Source: Octopus sinensis
Lineage: Eukaryota
DNA: 64,000 nt
Direction: 5' to 3'
Assembly (NCBI RefSeq): GCF_006345805.1
Contig: NC_042997.1
Span: 69,874,001 to 69,938,000 of the forward strand
Both the position numbers and the translations under genes were made by a program. The notes under the pieces are model-generated. The model saw only the letters and a program-made list of their open reading frames with translations, was not told the origin of the DNA and did not search any database. Shown piece by piece: positions 40,348 to 55,104 of this stretch (position 1 is the first letter of the stretch; each line of letters begins with the position of its first letter).

Positions 40348-40533
40348 AGCGGTGAGTTGGCAGAGTCGTTTGCATGCTAGGCAAAAATTTTAGCGGCATT
40401 TCGTCTGTCTTTATGTTCTGAATTCAAATTCCGCCCAGGTCGATAAAGTAAGTATCAGTTGAGCATTGGTGTCGATGTCACCGACTTAGCACCCCCCCCC
40501 GAAATTGCTAACCTTGTGGTAACATTTGAAACC
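40348..40533 (+). mobile_element. SINE family A, older copy in tandem
   Basis: Homologous head and tail with an internal deletion. Confidence 0.8.
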
Positions 40534-40719
40534 AATATTTTAGATTAATGAAAACACTGTATGTTAGTGGTAAGTTCCTTGAGGTACAACTTTTATTTTA
40601 GTCCCTTTGTTTCACTTATACGTTGCATTGTGTGCTTCCAGTCGCAGTCTATAGTGCAAAATTAGTCTGCACTTGACTCTACATAGCGGGATCAGTCTTC
40701 TCAGGTAGCTTGCCCATGA

Positions 40720-41435
40720 TATTTTTCAGAGAGACAGTAACCAGTGGTAGTTTCATGTATTCTTGAGTCTTTCCCAATAGCTTATATGCTGCATAGAGGC
40801 TATCTTCTTCGTGTAGCTTCGTTGGATTGCCTCAAGTTCTGAGATTAATTTGACACTAGTTGGTGACCACAGCTAAGAGCAATAGTCAAAGTGGCTTAGG
40901 ACAAGTGTCCTCCAGAGGACCATCATGGTTTCCTGATCTCTTATTCTAAAAGTTCTAGGAATCTATCCGGTCAGCCGCCTGCATTTCATTGCCAATTCAG
41001 CAACATGCACATGAAAGGATGCATTATTACTAATGTAAATGCCCAGGTCTCGCACTGACTGTGCCTCGGGGATTGCAATCCCTCCAGGTCCAGTGTATTT
41101 AATGTGTATTGACTTTAGTTTTGCATGCTGATAGCACAAGGCTTGAAACTTTTCAGCATTAAACTGCATGCTATTATTTTCAGCCCGCTTATATATTTCA
41201 TCCAGCTCACATTGCAGGTGAATAGTGTCTTCAGGTTCCTGTATTACGTGTGAGACTTTTGTATCATCTGCATAACCTGTGATCGTGGCACTCTGTGTGG
41301 TTGAGGGCATGTCTGAGAGGGCTATTATGAACAGTAGTGGTCCCAAAACAGTGCCTTGCGGAACACAACTGACTATTTGCATATGAACAATAGTGGTCCC
41401 AAAACAGAGCATTGCGGAAGACAGCTCACTATTTG
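40720..41435 (-). pseudogene. CR1/L2-group LINE reverse transcriptase fragment
   Basis: VPQGTVLGPLLF, YADDTKV, MQFNAEK, RDLGI, then LVLSHFDYCS*LWSP...LEAIQR. Confidence 0.9.
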
Positions 41436-41516
41436 CGTGACATTGGTTTGTTCATACTTTTTAAAATCATGTTTTGTGCTTTTGAAAATCCGATATAATT
41501 TCATCCTTCAGTCCAA

Positions 41517-41558
<42 letters not shown>

Positions 41559-41563
41559 ATCTC

Positions 41564-41643
<80 letters not shown>

Positions 41644-41909
41644 GTTGTCTGTCTATCTATCTCTTTCTACATCTCTTTCTCCCTCTGCATTTATTTCTAT
41701 CTCTCTCCCTCTTGTATTCATGATTGTCTGTCGCTCTCCCGGAATATCTTCCCTCTTTCATTTCCTCTGTCTTCATCTTCATCACGCACATACATCTTCT
41801 CTTATTCGCTCTCTCTCCTTTGATTCACTGCAATCATACACACACATTTATTTAATTTCCTCATCTTCTATACTGCAGGATAGGATGGACACGAAAAGAA
41901 ACACACACA

Positions 41910-41973
<64 letters not shown>

Positions 41974-42824
41974 ACACACAATCTCACACACACACACAAT
42001 CTCACACACAAACAAACACATACGTGCGCGTGCACACACACTCACATGAACACATATTTCCCATTACTTCCTCATTGAGCCATACAGAAATACAATTGCA
42101 GTATTACTGTTCGCTCAAATATGCTCACATAAGTACACTTATATAAAGACGAGTATACATGTATGCATTGCAAAACATCTATTGGTATCACGTGATAGTA
42201 TAGACGCTTGAATCCCTCCGAGGAGACAAGATTGGTGTATATTTTTATCCTTTTGTTAATGTTTCATTTATATTTTATTTTATTTTATTTATTGGTTAGA
42301 TATCTCTAAATGGAAGCAGAAGATGATGATCAAGGTATAGGAGGAATATGGGGTATAGGGGTGTATAAATGGGAGATGGTTGGTGTAGAGTATCTAGTTC
42401 GTGGCAGGGCTGCTGAATGCCCAGATATCCGTCCAGATGTGTTTTATTACAATCTTGCCTGCGTGTTCAATGCTGGATCATGTACAATCAGTGACCTTGC
42501 ATTTCATGCACACGCACACGCACGTATTTACAAATATATATTTATATGCGTAGAGCGAGTGTGTATATATGCATATATATGTATTTATACGTACTCACTT
42601 AGACACAATACACACTCGTAGGTAAAGTTATATAAATGTGTACGCACGTGTATGCCTCTGTGTGGGAATGTGTGTGTGTTTACGTGTGCTGATTCAATAC
42701 ACTACGCAAAAAACAAGCGTGCCAGGGAAAAGGATTTTTGTGAGTGACGCGTGTACCAGTTCAACAGGACACCTCACATAACCTCAACATTTTATCTTAT
42801 TTGATGTTATCTAATTTTTGTTTA

Positions 42825-42881
<57 letters not shown>

Positions 42882-42898
42882 GTTATTATTGAATGAAT

Positions 42899-42943
<45 letters not shown>

Positions 42944-43827
42944 TGCTGTGCTCACTGAATCGTGAAAAATAAGGCCGTTACCAAACTTCCGGCTGAGGTG
43001 TCGGCTTGAGTCAGCTTATCTTTAACTGCATGACATTTCTTAACTTCAATTTTAAGTTTTTTTTTCCACTTTATCTGTTCATGTATTAAGGAATTACTGT
43101 TTGTTGTTCTGTGTTGGATGTGCTGCTTCGCCTCGACTCGTAAATGTTTAGTTGTTTTTGTTGGAAATACTTTGTTTTAATTGAAACAGCATTAAACTAA
43201 GATAGCCCTCTATGTATCGTACTTGATGTATATACATCGTTGAGAGACCTGATGTTGTTGATTTTCGTTCGAGAGATAGAAAAAATATCTTCAAAGACGA
43301 ACAGCGTTAGAAACTCAGTTTATATCGGAACGACACGAAAATCGCCCAGAGATCCACGATAATGCCATTTGAATTTTGGCCTTCTTGAATATTGTCAGTA
43401 ACGTGTCCTCGTTGCCACAAGCCTAAGCAAAATTTTGTCCATTCCGATATATAGGAAATGATAAATAACACATTTACCGATATTGCAAACAACCGCGGAG
43501 CTGAATAAAAACTCGTCGTGAGGAACTGAAGCACAAGATGTTATTCAGTATGGCGACATTTTAAAGTTCTATTTTAAAGAAAGTTGAAAGCTCATAGGCT
43601 TCCCAGTAAATTTGTAAAAACATTTGGATGAATGTAACATGGATAATAGCTAGGTCTGAAGGATCGTGAAAATGGATAGAAGAGATGTGTTTCCCCGTGG
43701 TGCCCATGACAGTCGGCTGACCCAGGTTATGTCGGAGCCTTTGGTTACACGCTGGCGGTACTCTCCGTTGGGTAATTTTTTGTTATACTTTACTTGTTAG
43801 TTGTTGTTGTTATCATTGTTGTCGTTG

Positions 43828-43932
43828 TCTTTCATCGTTTCGGGATCGATAAATTAAATACTAGTGAAACACTGAGATCGATGTAATCGACCAGTCCCCT
43901 CCCCACAAATTCTAGTCCTTGTGCTAGAAAAG
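43828..43932 (+). mobile_element. SINE family A 3' part with (ATT)n tail
   Basis: CTTTCATCGTTTCGGGATCGATAAATTAAATACTAG body. Confidence 0.75.
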
Positions 43933-43954
43933 ATTATTATTATTATTATTATTA

Positions 43955-43986
<32 letters not shown>

Positions 43987-44024
43987 TATTATTATCATCA
44001 TCATCATCGTCGTCGTCATCGTCG

Positions 44025-44070
<46 letters not shown>

Positions 44071-45686
44071 ATTGTCTTCGCACAGTTTCTAACGCTGGAG
44101 ATGTACTACGGTGTCAGCTGTTCACTGATAGTGAACTAAGGCAAATCCCCTTATTTTTCGAGCACCACCCAGAGTATTTAAGCGGTTCCAAACAGTGTGT
44201 TTTCTGCAAGTGCTCCACCCTTATTGCAGCCCCTATTTGTTTCATGTACTTCTCAAGATTTTTACTCACTGTTCTCAGGGCTCCGACAATTATTGATACT
44301 TCTACCACCTTTTTCATCGACCACAACTGCTTAGCCTCCCAAGCTAACCTGTTATATATCAATTGATTTTTGTTTCTTCCTTATCGCATATCTTGTTAGC
44401 TGGGCATGATATATCGATGATCCAGCATCGTTTTCTTTCTTTTTCAATTAACACTATGTCTGACTTCCTATTCTCTATCTCATGGTCGCACTGAATCATA
44501 AAATCCCAAAGGGTCTTTGCATTATCATTTTCGATGATGCCTTCGTGTTTATGTTCGTACCAGCTTTTTGTTCTGTCAAGTCCATACTTGTTGCAATGTG
44601 TCCAATGGACAATCAGTGCTATATTGTCATGACGTCTTTTATATTCTTTTGAGGCTAGTGGCCTACATTGACAGGTAATATGCCATATAGTTTCACCATT
44701 TTGTTCACAAATTCTTCACTTACCACTTTCTGATGTGTTGTCTACTCTGTATTTGATGTAATTTATTCTTAGTACTTGCTCTTGGGAAGCACATATTAGC
44801 GCCTCTGTTTCCGGTTCTAAATCACTTTTATCATCCGCAGCCATCTTTTTTCTCTGTCTTATCTTCAACATCCCATGTCCATGAATTGTCCATGCTTTCT
44901 TTTCTTTATCCACCTATTTTTCAGTTTCATTCATTCTCAAGTGATTGTACAGTGCTTTGTCTTTGCAATCTTTCATTCTACGCAAGCCTGACCTTACTTC
45001 CAATAATAGTGGTTCTGTGGTATTATTTTACATACCATGCTATGTTGTTTTCTTCTGCTCTAACGCTGTGTCCGCATCCAATCAGCCCTCTTCCCCCTCT
45101 TTTTCTTTGTACATCTGTCTATCTGTGTTACTTTTTGGATGGAGTATCCCATACCTAGTTAGCAACTTCCTTGTCTTTCTGCCTAAGCTGTTTAGTTGGT
45201 TTACTGTCCATGCGATTACTCCTGCTCCATATCTAAGGAGTGAAACCACCCAGGTGACGATAGCTTCAATCTTATTCCGTCTGTTTAATTTCATAAGGAT
45301 CAGTCTCAGTCTCTGCAAGTACTCCACCTTAAAATTTTCTGTCATTTCTTTCTCCATCAATTTAACCATTTTCACTATCCTCAAGTACTTTCAGCCCGTC
45401 TCTTCTATCTGCTTCATAACCTCCCCGACGGTATCGATAGCCCGTCCATACATTTGATTTCGCCTCCCTTCAAGACTACCACACTACACTTTTTCAATCT
45501 GAACTCCATTCTGATATCAGCACTGAAAGTATACACCGTATCAACGAGGGAACTGACTTGGGTTTCATCATTACCATAAAGTTTGAGGTCATTTATGAAT
45601 AAAAAGTGGTTGACTTTCTGCTGGCGGCTTTTGAAAACGTCTCCAGCCTTTGCTTTCCTCAGAATCAGTGTTAGTGGTATCATGCA
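44071..45686 (-). mobile_element. R4/Dong-clade element, 5'-truncated, copy 2
   Basis: Colinear with 23856-25400, including the 3' UTR (GCACAG.TTCTAACGCTGGAGATGTACTACGGTG). Flanked by (CAT)n and (TAT)n. Confidence 0.92.
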
Positions 45687-45699
45687 AGCTTATTATTAA

Positions 45700-45771
<72 letters not shown>

Positions 45772-45838
45772 CATCATCATCATCGTTACTATTGTTATTA
45801 TCATTATTATTATTATTATTATTTTATTATTATTATTA

Positions 45839-45895
<57 letters not shown>

Positions 45896-45899
45896 TTTT

Positions 45900-46480
45900 A
45901 CGGCATCCGCTTAATTTCTCTTGCCATAGCCACATGGCAGGACCCTGTGTCGGTTATAGAAACTCTATCACTACAAACACTTTGTGGTCGAAGGCAAGTC
46001 GCGTGGCAATTTACGATGGGCTCGATCGACAGTCAGATTTGCTCCACATGTGATAAGTTGTTCGACAAACACCAGCAATGCTCGGACATCGAACAAATAC
46101 ATGTAGAACAATTTTGTGCTCTGTGCGCATCTGTGACAGGTCTGGCTGACTGCATTCTTTATCCTAAGAGTTTTTCAAAACTGGGAATGCCTCCTGATAT
46201 CACAGCAAAACCAGGGATTTCTGGAAATTAACCATAGTTCCCGGATCGAAAGTCCTGCAGAACAGATCTGCTAATACGTTCTCATCGATACCAAGGAGAA
46301 CGCCGTCGCTCTTCCACTGGACGTTATCTCCATCCCACTTTTTTGATCTGTAAAATACTTTATCAACTTTTTCAAGTTTCATCTGGAGAGGAAAGTGATG
46401 GCGGGCACAAAAATGTTGCCCTCCACCACAAATTTATTGAAAGTGGATGAGAGTGGCGTAAATAGTTTGAGTGAATAAAA
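45900..46480 (-). mobile_element. Tx1/L1-like LINE 3' fragment
   Basis: FCRTFDPGTMVNFQKSL..., a Cys/His-rich stretch and HVAMARE, resembling the 26200-26550 region. Confidence 0.5.
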
Positions 46481-46516
46481 CTACCCTTAGCATTGCGCCT
46501 GGAGGCTGGAAACAAT

Positions 46517-46573
<57 letters not shown>

Positions 46574-47299
46574 AATAGTATGCAAGACAGAAAAAGAAAA
46601 GTACTTGTATTTAGTGTTCTCGGTGATCAGGACGTGTAAGTGACTGGAGTGCCTTTATGAGTTTCGTCCTATTATTAAGGATTTCCGTTGTTTTTTTTTG
46701 TATCATTTATTCATTAGTGTTATATTTTAGTCGATTTGTATGTAAGAATCTCTTGCATTATCACTTGTACGGACTCGAAGCTTGTGTTCTGTCCTTAGTA
46801 AGTTTGTGCTTTCGTAAACAATAGAAAAAAGATCATTATCCTTATCAGTGTCGATTCATCACAATCATCGTCATCATCATCGCCCTCGTCGTCGTGGTCG
46901 TGGTCGTCGTCGTCATCATCATCATCACCAATTGTTTTTGTTGCTACCAAACTACTACGTGCTAATTTAATCAGTAGAAATCTTGAGGTTCAGTGACAAT
47001 ATGTCACCTCAAGTCTTAAGGAATTTCCTTGAGACTTTTTGCAGAATACAAAAAGCCCCTTTGTGTAGGTTAACAATACACACTTTCATTCCAACACTCT
47101 TCAGTCTTACGCTCTTTGTTTATTTTGTTCACGAAAATAATGTTTCGTTTTTTACTTTTTTCTCTTTGATTCAATAGTATAGTCGCACTTTATGAGAATG
47201 CCCCACAAGACCCTGTAATTATAATTCTCTGTCACAGCCACTTGGTTAGTCCGAAACCACATACTTCTGCACACTTTTGCCTTTTTATCTACGCAGATA

Positions 47300-48590
47300 T
47301 ATCTGCGCTTATAATTTTTTGTGCTAGCTTACTACATTTACTGAAGAAATGGTCGATGCCATTGTTTCTTTTCCTGCAGATTCTACAGCTATCTGGCTAA
47401 ATTTTGTCGATAGTTGCTTTATCAGATGTTTCATAGCGCCTTGTTCCTGAGTGGCCATAATTAATGTTCCAGTCTGTCTTCTCATGTTTCCGTCCGTCAG
47501 TCAGAGCCAGCGTTCTATACTTACAACATCCTCAGTTTGTTACATGTATTGACCATGTAATTTCAATTCTTTCAGCCTAAATAATATTCCATTGTACTTT
47601 ATCCTGTTCTTGAATTGTCCGAATGTGGTGGCAGGAAATCTTCTTAAATCTCAAATATTTTTCTTACGATCTTTACAGAATACAGAATAGCATTTTCGCG
47701 TAGGTGACAAAGCATAATTCAATTCCAATATAATTCATCTTCTTCTGTAGAAGTTTGGGTGATAGGTGTGTGCTGTACTAAGTACTACAAGGACCACAGG
47801 AACAATTGTCACTTTTGCCTTTTACAATCACTTCATCTCTCTGGTTACGTCTTGATATTTCTCAATTTCTCAATATCATATGGTATTGCGAACCCTACGA
47901 ACTTAAACTGTGTTTATTTGCCCTCTGCGATAATCTGGTCTTGTTGCTTCATTTATATGGTCAGTCTTTATAGCAATATCTCATAAAATCTTGTAATTAT
48001 CATTTACCATCACAACCTCTGGCTCGTGTTCAAATCACCTTTCCTTCATTTTGAATCCACAAAAAATTGTTTTAGCAAATTCGTTGTAATGGATTATTCC
48101 TGAGCAGCTGTAATTAGCAATTCAGATTCTTGCTTCAGGTTTCTCCTTGTTAGCTGCCACCAGTGTTCCTTTCTAGCAGCATCGTTGGTTTTGTTTTTTG
48201 CATGAACCGGCCATGTAATCTCTCCAACTATTTGTCATATCGTTCTTCATCCTGTTCGTGAATTCTCTTACTGCTATATTTTGAATATTTCTGGCCACAC
48301 ACAGTATGCTGTCTTTACTATGGTTGACATACTTTTTTTCAAACCCAATATTAAAGTACTGATTATATCTTCTGCTTAAGAAACTCCTACATCCTTGCTT
48401 TCTTAGTAAACTGAGCCGGTAAATATGTTATTTATTTCACCATGGCTTTCGCAAGCTCATCGGCAGTGCTGGATTATCTTAGTACACTAGCCAGAGTGAT
48501 TAATGCCGTGACAGATAGGAATGGAGAGAGCAAGTCTCCTTGGAGTATTCCCCAGTGTATTTTCATATTTCCTAATGGTTCACTTCCGCA
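47300..48590 (-). mobile_element. Ancient R4/Dong-like relics
   Basis: Decayed GILQGDLLS (~48535-48560), FEHEPEVVMVNDNYKIL*DIAIKTDH..ATRPD (~47930-48040) and LHGQY..WLWLTDGNMRRQTGTLIMATQEQ (~47440-47560). Confidence 0.65.
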
Positions 48591-48893
48591 TTTTCAGGAT
48601 CTTATCAAGTTTTCTAAAAATAATAAGTGTGTTTGTATAAAAGACTCGGTCCTTTGTTACTTTAATATAAAACTATGTATGAACTTATGCACTGAGTTCT
48701 ATTTTTCCCAGTTGTACTATGAAACGGAATTCTTCAAATATGCAATTCTTACCAGTGTATCGGATACGATTCAAATGAGAAGGGGAAATAAGAAGAAAGA
48801 AGTTTCATACAAAACGATATTGAACAAATATACAACTTTAGTTTCCTTCACCTTTGGCCACAATATTTTGTACAAAAACACACATATACATAA

Positions 48894-48945
<52 letters not shown>

Positions 48946-49108
48946 ATAAATATTAGGGAATAAATCCAAATTTACAGGGAAAAAATCAGATTTAGGATTA
49001 AATCCAATTTTATAGTAAAATATTATATAATATTATTAGAGACAAAACCACTATTTTGCAAAACAAACAAGGAAAGACTTAATCAATACATAAAATTTTA
49101 AAAAAAGT

Positions 49109-49194
49109 CAATGTAGGCACAACAATTTTTGTTTTATTTTTGCCTTTGTTTAAATTTTGATTTTTATAAAACTTTTTATATATATGTGTGTGTA

Positions 49195-49226
<32 letters not shown>

Positions 49227-49312
49227 TACACACACATATATATAAAAAGTTTTATAAAAATCAAAATTTAAACAAAGGCAAAAATAAAACAAAAATTGTT
49301 GTGCCTACATTG
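49109..49312. repeat. Perfect 204-bp palindrome centred on (TA)15
   Basis: CAATGTAGGCAC...TGTAG-(TA)15-CTACA...GTGCCTACATTG. No mismatch seen. Confidence 0.95.
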
Positions 49313-49996
49313 CATGGATATGTGTACACATACATATACGTACACTCTCCCCATCTCTCTCATTTTCTCTCCTTCTTTCTCATTCTCTCCCTCTTTCTCT
49401 CTCTTCCTTCCTCCTTATCGCCCGCTCTCTCTCTCTCTCTCTCTCTCTTGATATATATATATATTTCACAGACACACAAACACATACGCGTAATTATTTC
49501 TATATACAGAGATAGAAAGCGAATCGGTGTGCCACATGCACAATCATGACTTATCTTCTTCGTATTAAAACAGGCAAGGTAGGCACACGCATGACATGAT
49601 AGCTACGTGTTATCAGACAGTTTGTTTTTTATGTATATATATATATATATATTAGTAATTAAGCCGTTCATCTTTCAATTTAAGAATCATTACAACTTGG
49701 CATACGTCTACACAGATTTGTGACTAATTGGGACACAAAGAAACGTACGAACGCGTGCGCATGCACAAGCACATACATAAACGTATACACACACGCGCAC
49801 ACACATTCACACAACAGTCAATATCTCAGATTAATCATGTGGCGATGCACATTTGGCAATTAGTGTTGCAAGAAAATGACGTGACATACCATAAAACTTG
49901 AAAAATATATGCTATATTATATAGCACACAATGTTTCTTGAATACTTATCACAAAATCTACGTCCTTCTATGATTATTTCTTAATACTTATGTGTG

Positions 49997-50098
<102 letters not shown>

Positions 50099-50105
50099 GT
50101 AAATA

Positions 50106-50142
<37 letters not shown>

Positions 50143-50205
50143 ATGTTTTGCGTAATGAGATAAAAAAACCAAGGCTGTGTAGATATTAGAACATTTATAG
50201 AGAGA

Positions 50206-50260
50206 AGACCTTACAACCGTTTCCAGGATATTTATTAACTCTATCCCTTCATCAGAGACG
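50206..50260 (-). ncRNA. Type I hammerhead-like motif
   Basis: Minus strand cgucu-CUGAUGA-a-gggaua...uauccu-g-GAAAC gguu GUA-agguc. The element starts at a (TA)n tract (~50138). Confidence 0.55.
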
Positions 50261-50571
50261 GTGTGAGAGGATGGTTAAGTAATAGTTAATTTAGATAGGA
50301 TACAAAATAAAGAATGAGGTGGAGGAAAGAAAATAGATGTGAGATATGTAGGGATATTGAATTTTGGATGTAGATCCAAAAAATTCTTATATACACACGC
50401 TGACATATGACCAACGTTGAACCCCTTACTCGCAAAATCACCGAACCTGGAACTTAACTATGGTCTATCTATAGCACTTATTCAGCATTACCTGACACCT
50501 TTGGGTCTCAATGACACCCATTACCTCTTATATATATATATATCAACGACATATACTTAACGAATATGGAA

Positions 50572-50910
50572 AGTGTATTTGCTAGGAGGTTGCGTTTTGA
50601 CGTGTTGTAGAAGAGTCTCTCAAAGTGCCAGGCGTTAAAACACTTGAAAGTCATAAACAGTTGAAAGTCATAGACACCTCTAATCCCATCTAGGAGTGTC
50701 TGACATTGATGTTTCGCCATTTGTGTGGCCTACCAAAATCAACATTTGAAATGCTACAAAAATAGCGAAACATACATCGATGTCGAATACTCTTAGATGG
50801 GATTAGAGGTGAATCATCTCGACTGTCCATGACTTTGAGGTGTTTCAACATTCTGCACTTTGAGAGTCTTCTCCACCACGTCATAACGCAACTTAGCGGC
50901 AAATATACTA
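50572..50910. mobile_element. Old fold-back MITE with ~155-bp diverged arms
   Basis: Pairs such as CACCTCTAATCCCATCTA / TAGATGGGATTAGAGGTG, CTCTCAAAGTGC / GCACTTTGAGAG and GTTGCGTT.TGACGTG / CACGTCA.AACGCAAC. Confidence 0.8.
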
Positions 50911-51005
50911 TCAGCGTGTGTTAAGTATATGTGGTTGATAATGTTTATTACACTAGCATCGCTTCCATTTCATATTTCAATATGTGTGTGTGTGTGTGTG
51001 TGTGT

Positions 51006-51960
<955 letters not shown>

Positions 51961-52012
51961 GTGAAGGGAAGAAATGGAGCCGAACGAAGATTCTACAAAA
52001 TTCCTTTTTATT

Positions 52013-52098
52013 ATTTTCTACACATGTTTCAAAGGCTGCAAATTCCCAAATTCGGATTGAATAAGGAGACCATTCTGCAGCTTTCTCTTCAGGAAAAT
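52013..52098 (-). ncRNA. Type I hammerhead ribozyme motif, left arm
   Basis: Mirror of 52351-52436. Stem II GAAAGCUGCA/UGCAGCCUUU. Confidence 0.75.
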
Positions 52099-52350
52099 CC
52101 AAGAATTTAAAATCTCAAAACAAATGCGCAGCAAGCTTTTCGAACAAAACGCTCCCTAGGAGCCCATGGTAAAAATGGCACAAAACTGTCTCTCAATATG
52201 CGCTGACATCAGAGTGGGTGAAGGCCTTCACCCACTCTGACGTCAGCGCATATTGAGAGACAGTTTTGTGCCATTTTTACCATGGGCTCCTAGGGAGCGT
52301 TTTGTTCGAAAAGCTTGCTGCGCATTTGTTTTGAGATTTTAAATTCCTGG

Positions 52351-52436
52351 ATTTTCCTGAAGAGAAAGCTGCAGAATGGTCTCCTTATTCAATCCGAATT
52401 TGGGAATTTGCAGTCTTTGAAACATGTGTAGAAAAT
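52351..52436 (+). ncRNA. Type I hammerhead ribozyme motif, right arm
   Basis: auuuuc-CUGAAGA-gaaagcugca[35 nt]ugcagucuuu-GAAAC augu GUA-gaaaau. Intact core, perfect 6-bp stem I, near-palindromic stem III. Predicted cut after 52430. Confidence 0.75.
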
Positions 52437-52646
52437 AATAAAAAGGAATTTTGTAGAATCTTCGTTCGGCTCCATTTCTTCCCTTCACTAAATATATAAA
52501 ACTTCAATTATCCGCGCTAAAGCACGGGAGCGAAACCCCATGGTCGTAACCTCAACCGTGTCTTTTCTGGTGTGATTTTTGCTACACAGGTATCGGTTAA
52601 ATTTTGAATAATCCGTAACAAGATAATTCATTTATCCATTTCATTA

Positions 52647-52699
<53 letters not shown>

Positions 52700-53727
52700 G
52701 TACATGTATGTATAGCAGTAATGTGTGTGGGAAATCGGGTAAAAGTGTACATTTAATTCACAGATTATGGAAATATTCTCTGCTATGAGTTCTCATTAGG
52801 CAGGAATGCTCTTATATTTGCAGCTTTAACGCATGTTGAATGCACAGATTGAATCTGATGAACCCTTTAAACTATTTAAGCTCATGTTCATTGACGTCTT
52901 AAATTAAACCTTATCGATGATTAAATTTCTATCCATTGAGACGTATCCATTTTGACATCCAGTACAAACCCTCTGGCTATTTATATCGATCCATTTGAGA
53001 ACCTCTGATCTAATATTTATTTTCTGTTTTTTTTTCTTTCGTATATAATTGATAGCGTTTAATCCCAGATCATTCATAAAAAGTAGACATGAACGTATAT
53101 TCTATCAATGGTCTTCCATCTTTCTCTCTTTGTCGCTTATTCAGAAGCACAATGTCTAGCGTGAACTTTACACCGCGATAGATTAAGTTGTACACTTTGT
53201 ACGAGATTTAACTTCTATTTATTGCAGATCGAATGACAATATGCAGGTTCACTCGCCGGTTCTTTCATGTGACGAAGTAAATAGTAGTTGCTGTATAGCT
53301 CGACACACCAGTAACCTTACTGTCTTATATATTTAGTGTCTTAGATATCCTTTGCTGTCACCACATCACTACTACATGTCCTTTATCGAACAAAATTATC
53401 AACTGCTTTTCTGCTGTGACTATACTGCATGTTTTACAGGCTTTGCGTGTCCCAGACTATATTAGCTATTTGTTACTTTTTAAAGAGGTAAGGTTTAATA
53501 TGAATGAAATTTGGCTGCTATTTCCATATAGATTCTATGTCATCGCTTTGAGCTCTGTTCTTTGCTGGGAATTTCTCTTTGGCTAGAATTCATTACCCGG
53601 TATTTCTGTAGGTTGGTTATATGGTAAATTGATTCGGACGAAATGCGATCAATTCTGTATATCTCCATGTATCTTTGAAGATTTGCACCCAAATATAATA
53701 TTGTGGATTAAAACTTATTCTGTTAAT

Positions 53728-54105
53728 CTTTTATTTGTTTCAGTCATTTGACTGCAGCTATGCTAGAGAACTGCCTTAAAGAGTTTTTAGTCGAAGAAAT
53801 CGACCCCAGGACTTATTTTTTGTAAGCCTAGTACTTATTCTACCGGTTTCTCTTGCCGAATTGCTAAGTTACGAGGACATAAACACACCAGCACCGGTTG
53901 TAAAACGACGGAAGGATATAAACGCAGACACACGCACGTATACAGCTGGCGTCTTTCAATTTCTGTCTACTAAGTCCACTCACAAAGCTTTGGTCAGCCG
54001 AGGTTGTAGCGGAAGACACTTGCTCAAGGTGCCAAGCCGTGGGAATGAACCCGGAGCTATGTGGTTGGAAAGCAAGCTTCTTACCACGCAGTCACGCCTG
54101 CGCCT
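53728..54105 (-). mobile_element. SINE family B
   Basis: Full-length reverse copy starting GGCGCAGGCGTGACTGCGTGGTAAG. Confidence 0.85.
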
Positions 54106-55104
54106 GGGTATATCAAAATTATTTCTATTGTTCTGTGTATGTGGGTTCTTTATTTGGCATGTGTGGGTGAGAAAGTGGGACAGATTTCTTACAAACTAAG
54201 TCGTTCATTTTATATTGAGTGTTATTGGTCCTTTATCCTGAATTTTTATCACATCTCGCACTTTTATACTAACATTTGAGTGAAGTAATCAAGTATTAAG
54301 TGTCTTTGTTACGTAATTAATTTTCAATGGCTCCTATATAGAAGCAGAACTCCGAAGACAAGGTATGATAAAGTAAACCTTTGACTGGTAGACTACGGTT
54401 CGTCAGAAAGTGGAATCAGTTGCCATTGATATTTGTACATACATACATACATACATACATACATACATACATACATACATACATACATACATACATGCAT
54501 ACATACATACATGTCTCCTATACAGCCTCATACATACATACATACATACATACGTATGTATGTATGTTAGTATGCATTTATGCATGCAGGCATACATGCA
54601 TGTATGTATGAATGTGTGCATGTATGTATGTGTGCATGTATGTATGTATGTGTGCATGTATGTATGTATGTATGTATGTATGTATGTATGTATGTATGTA
54701 TGTGTGCATGTATGTTTATTGGTATTGGTGTTCTTATCTATAATTTATATCCTTATCACGCAGCTTACCACACGTGGCTCAAAGGAAATTATGTAAATAG
54801 ATGTACAGATTTCTTTCAGAAACAAAGGGTCTCAGAGTTTCATAAGATGGAAGATAAGAATATGCAAGGGTAATGACGGTTTATCTAACTGCACATGCAG
54901 TAAAGCAACGTAAATGAAGGGAGATAAAACAGAGCCAAATTTGGACAGCAATTACCCTCACATAGAATTACGATTAGAGAAAGAAGTAAACATATAAAGC
55001 TCACACGAAAATATATAATTCAATAAAATACTTAAGTATTCAAACTTACACACGAACCTATTAAAGTTTTTAGAGTCCAGAGTAAATAGAATTAGTCACT
55101 CATT

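Noticed and set aside
48442-48963. 173-aa + strand ORF
   Set aside because: Antisense to R4-like RT relics and runs into microsatellite.
52900-53700. Possible ancient RTE-like RT relic on the minus strand (YLGANL.., LLVCRA..)
   Set aside because: Too decayed to support by eye.
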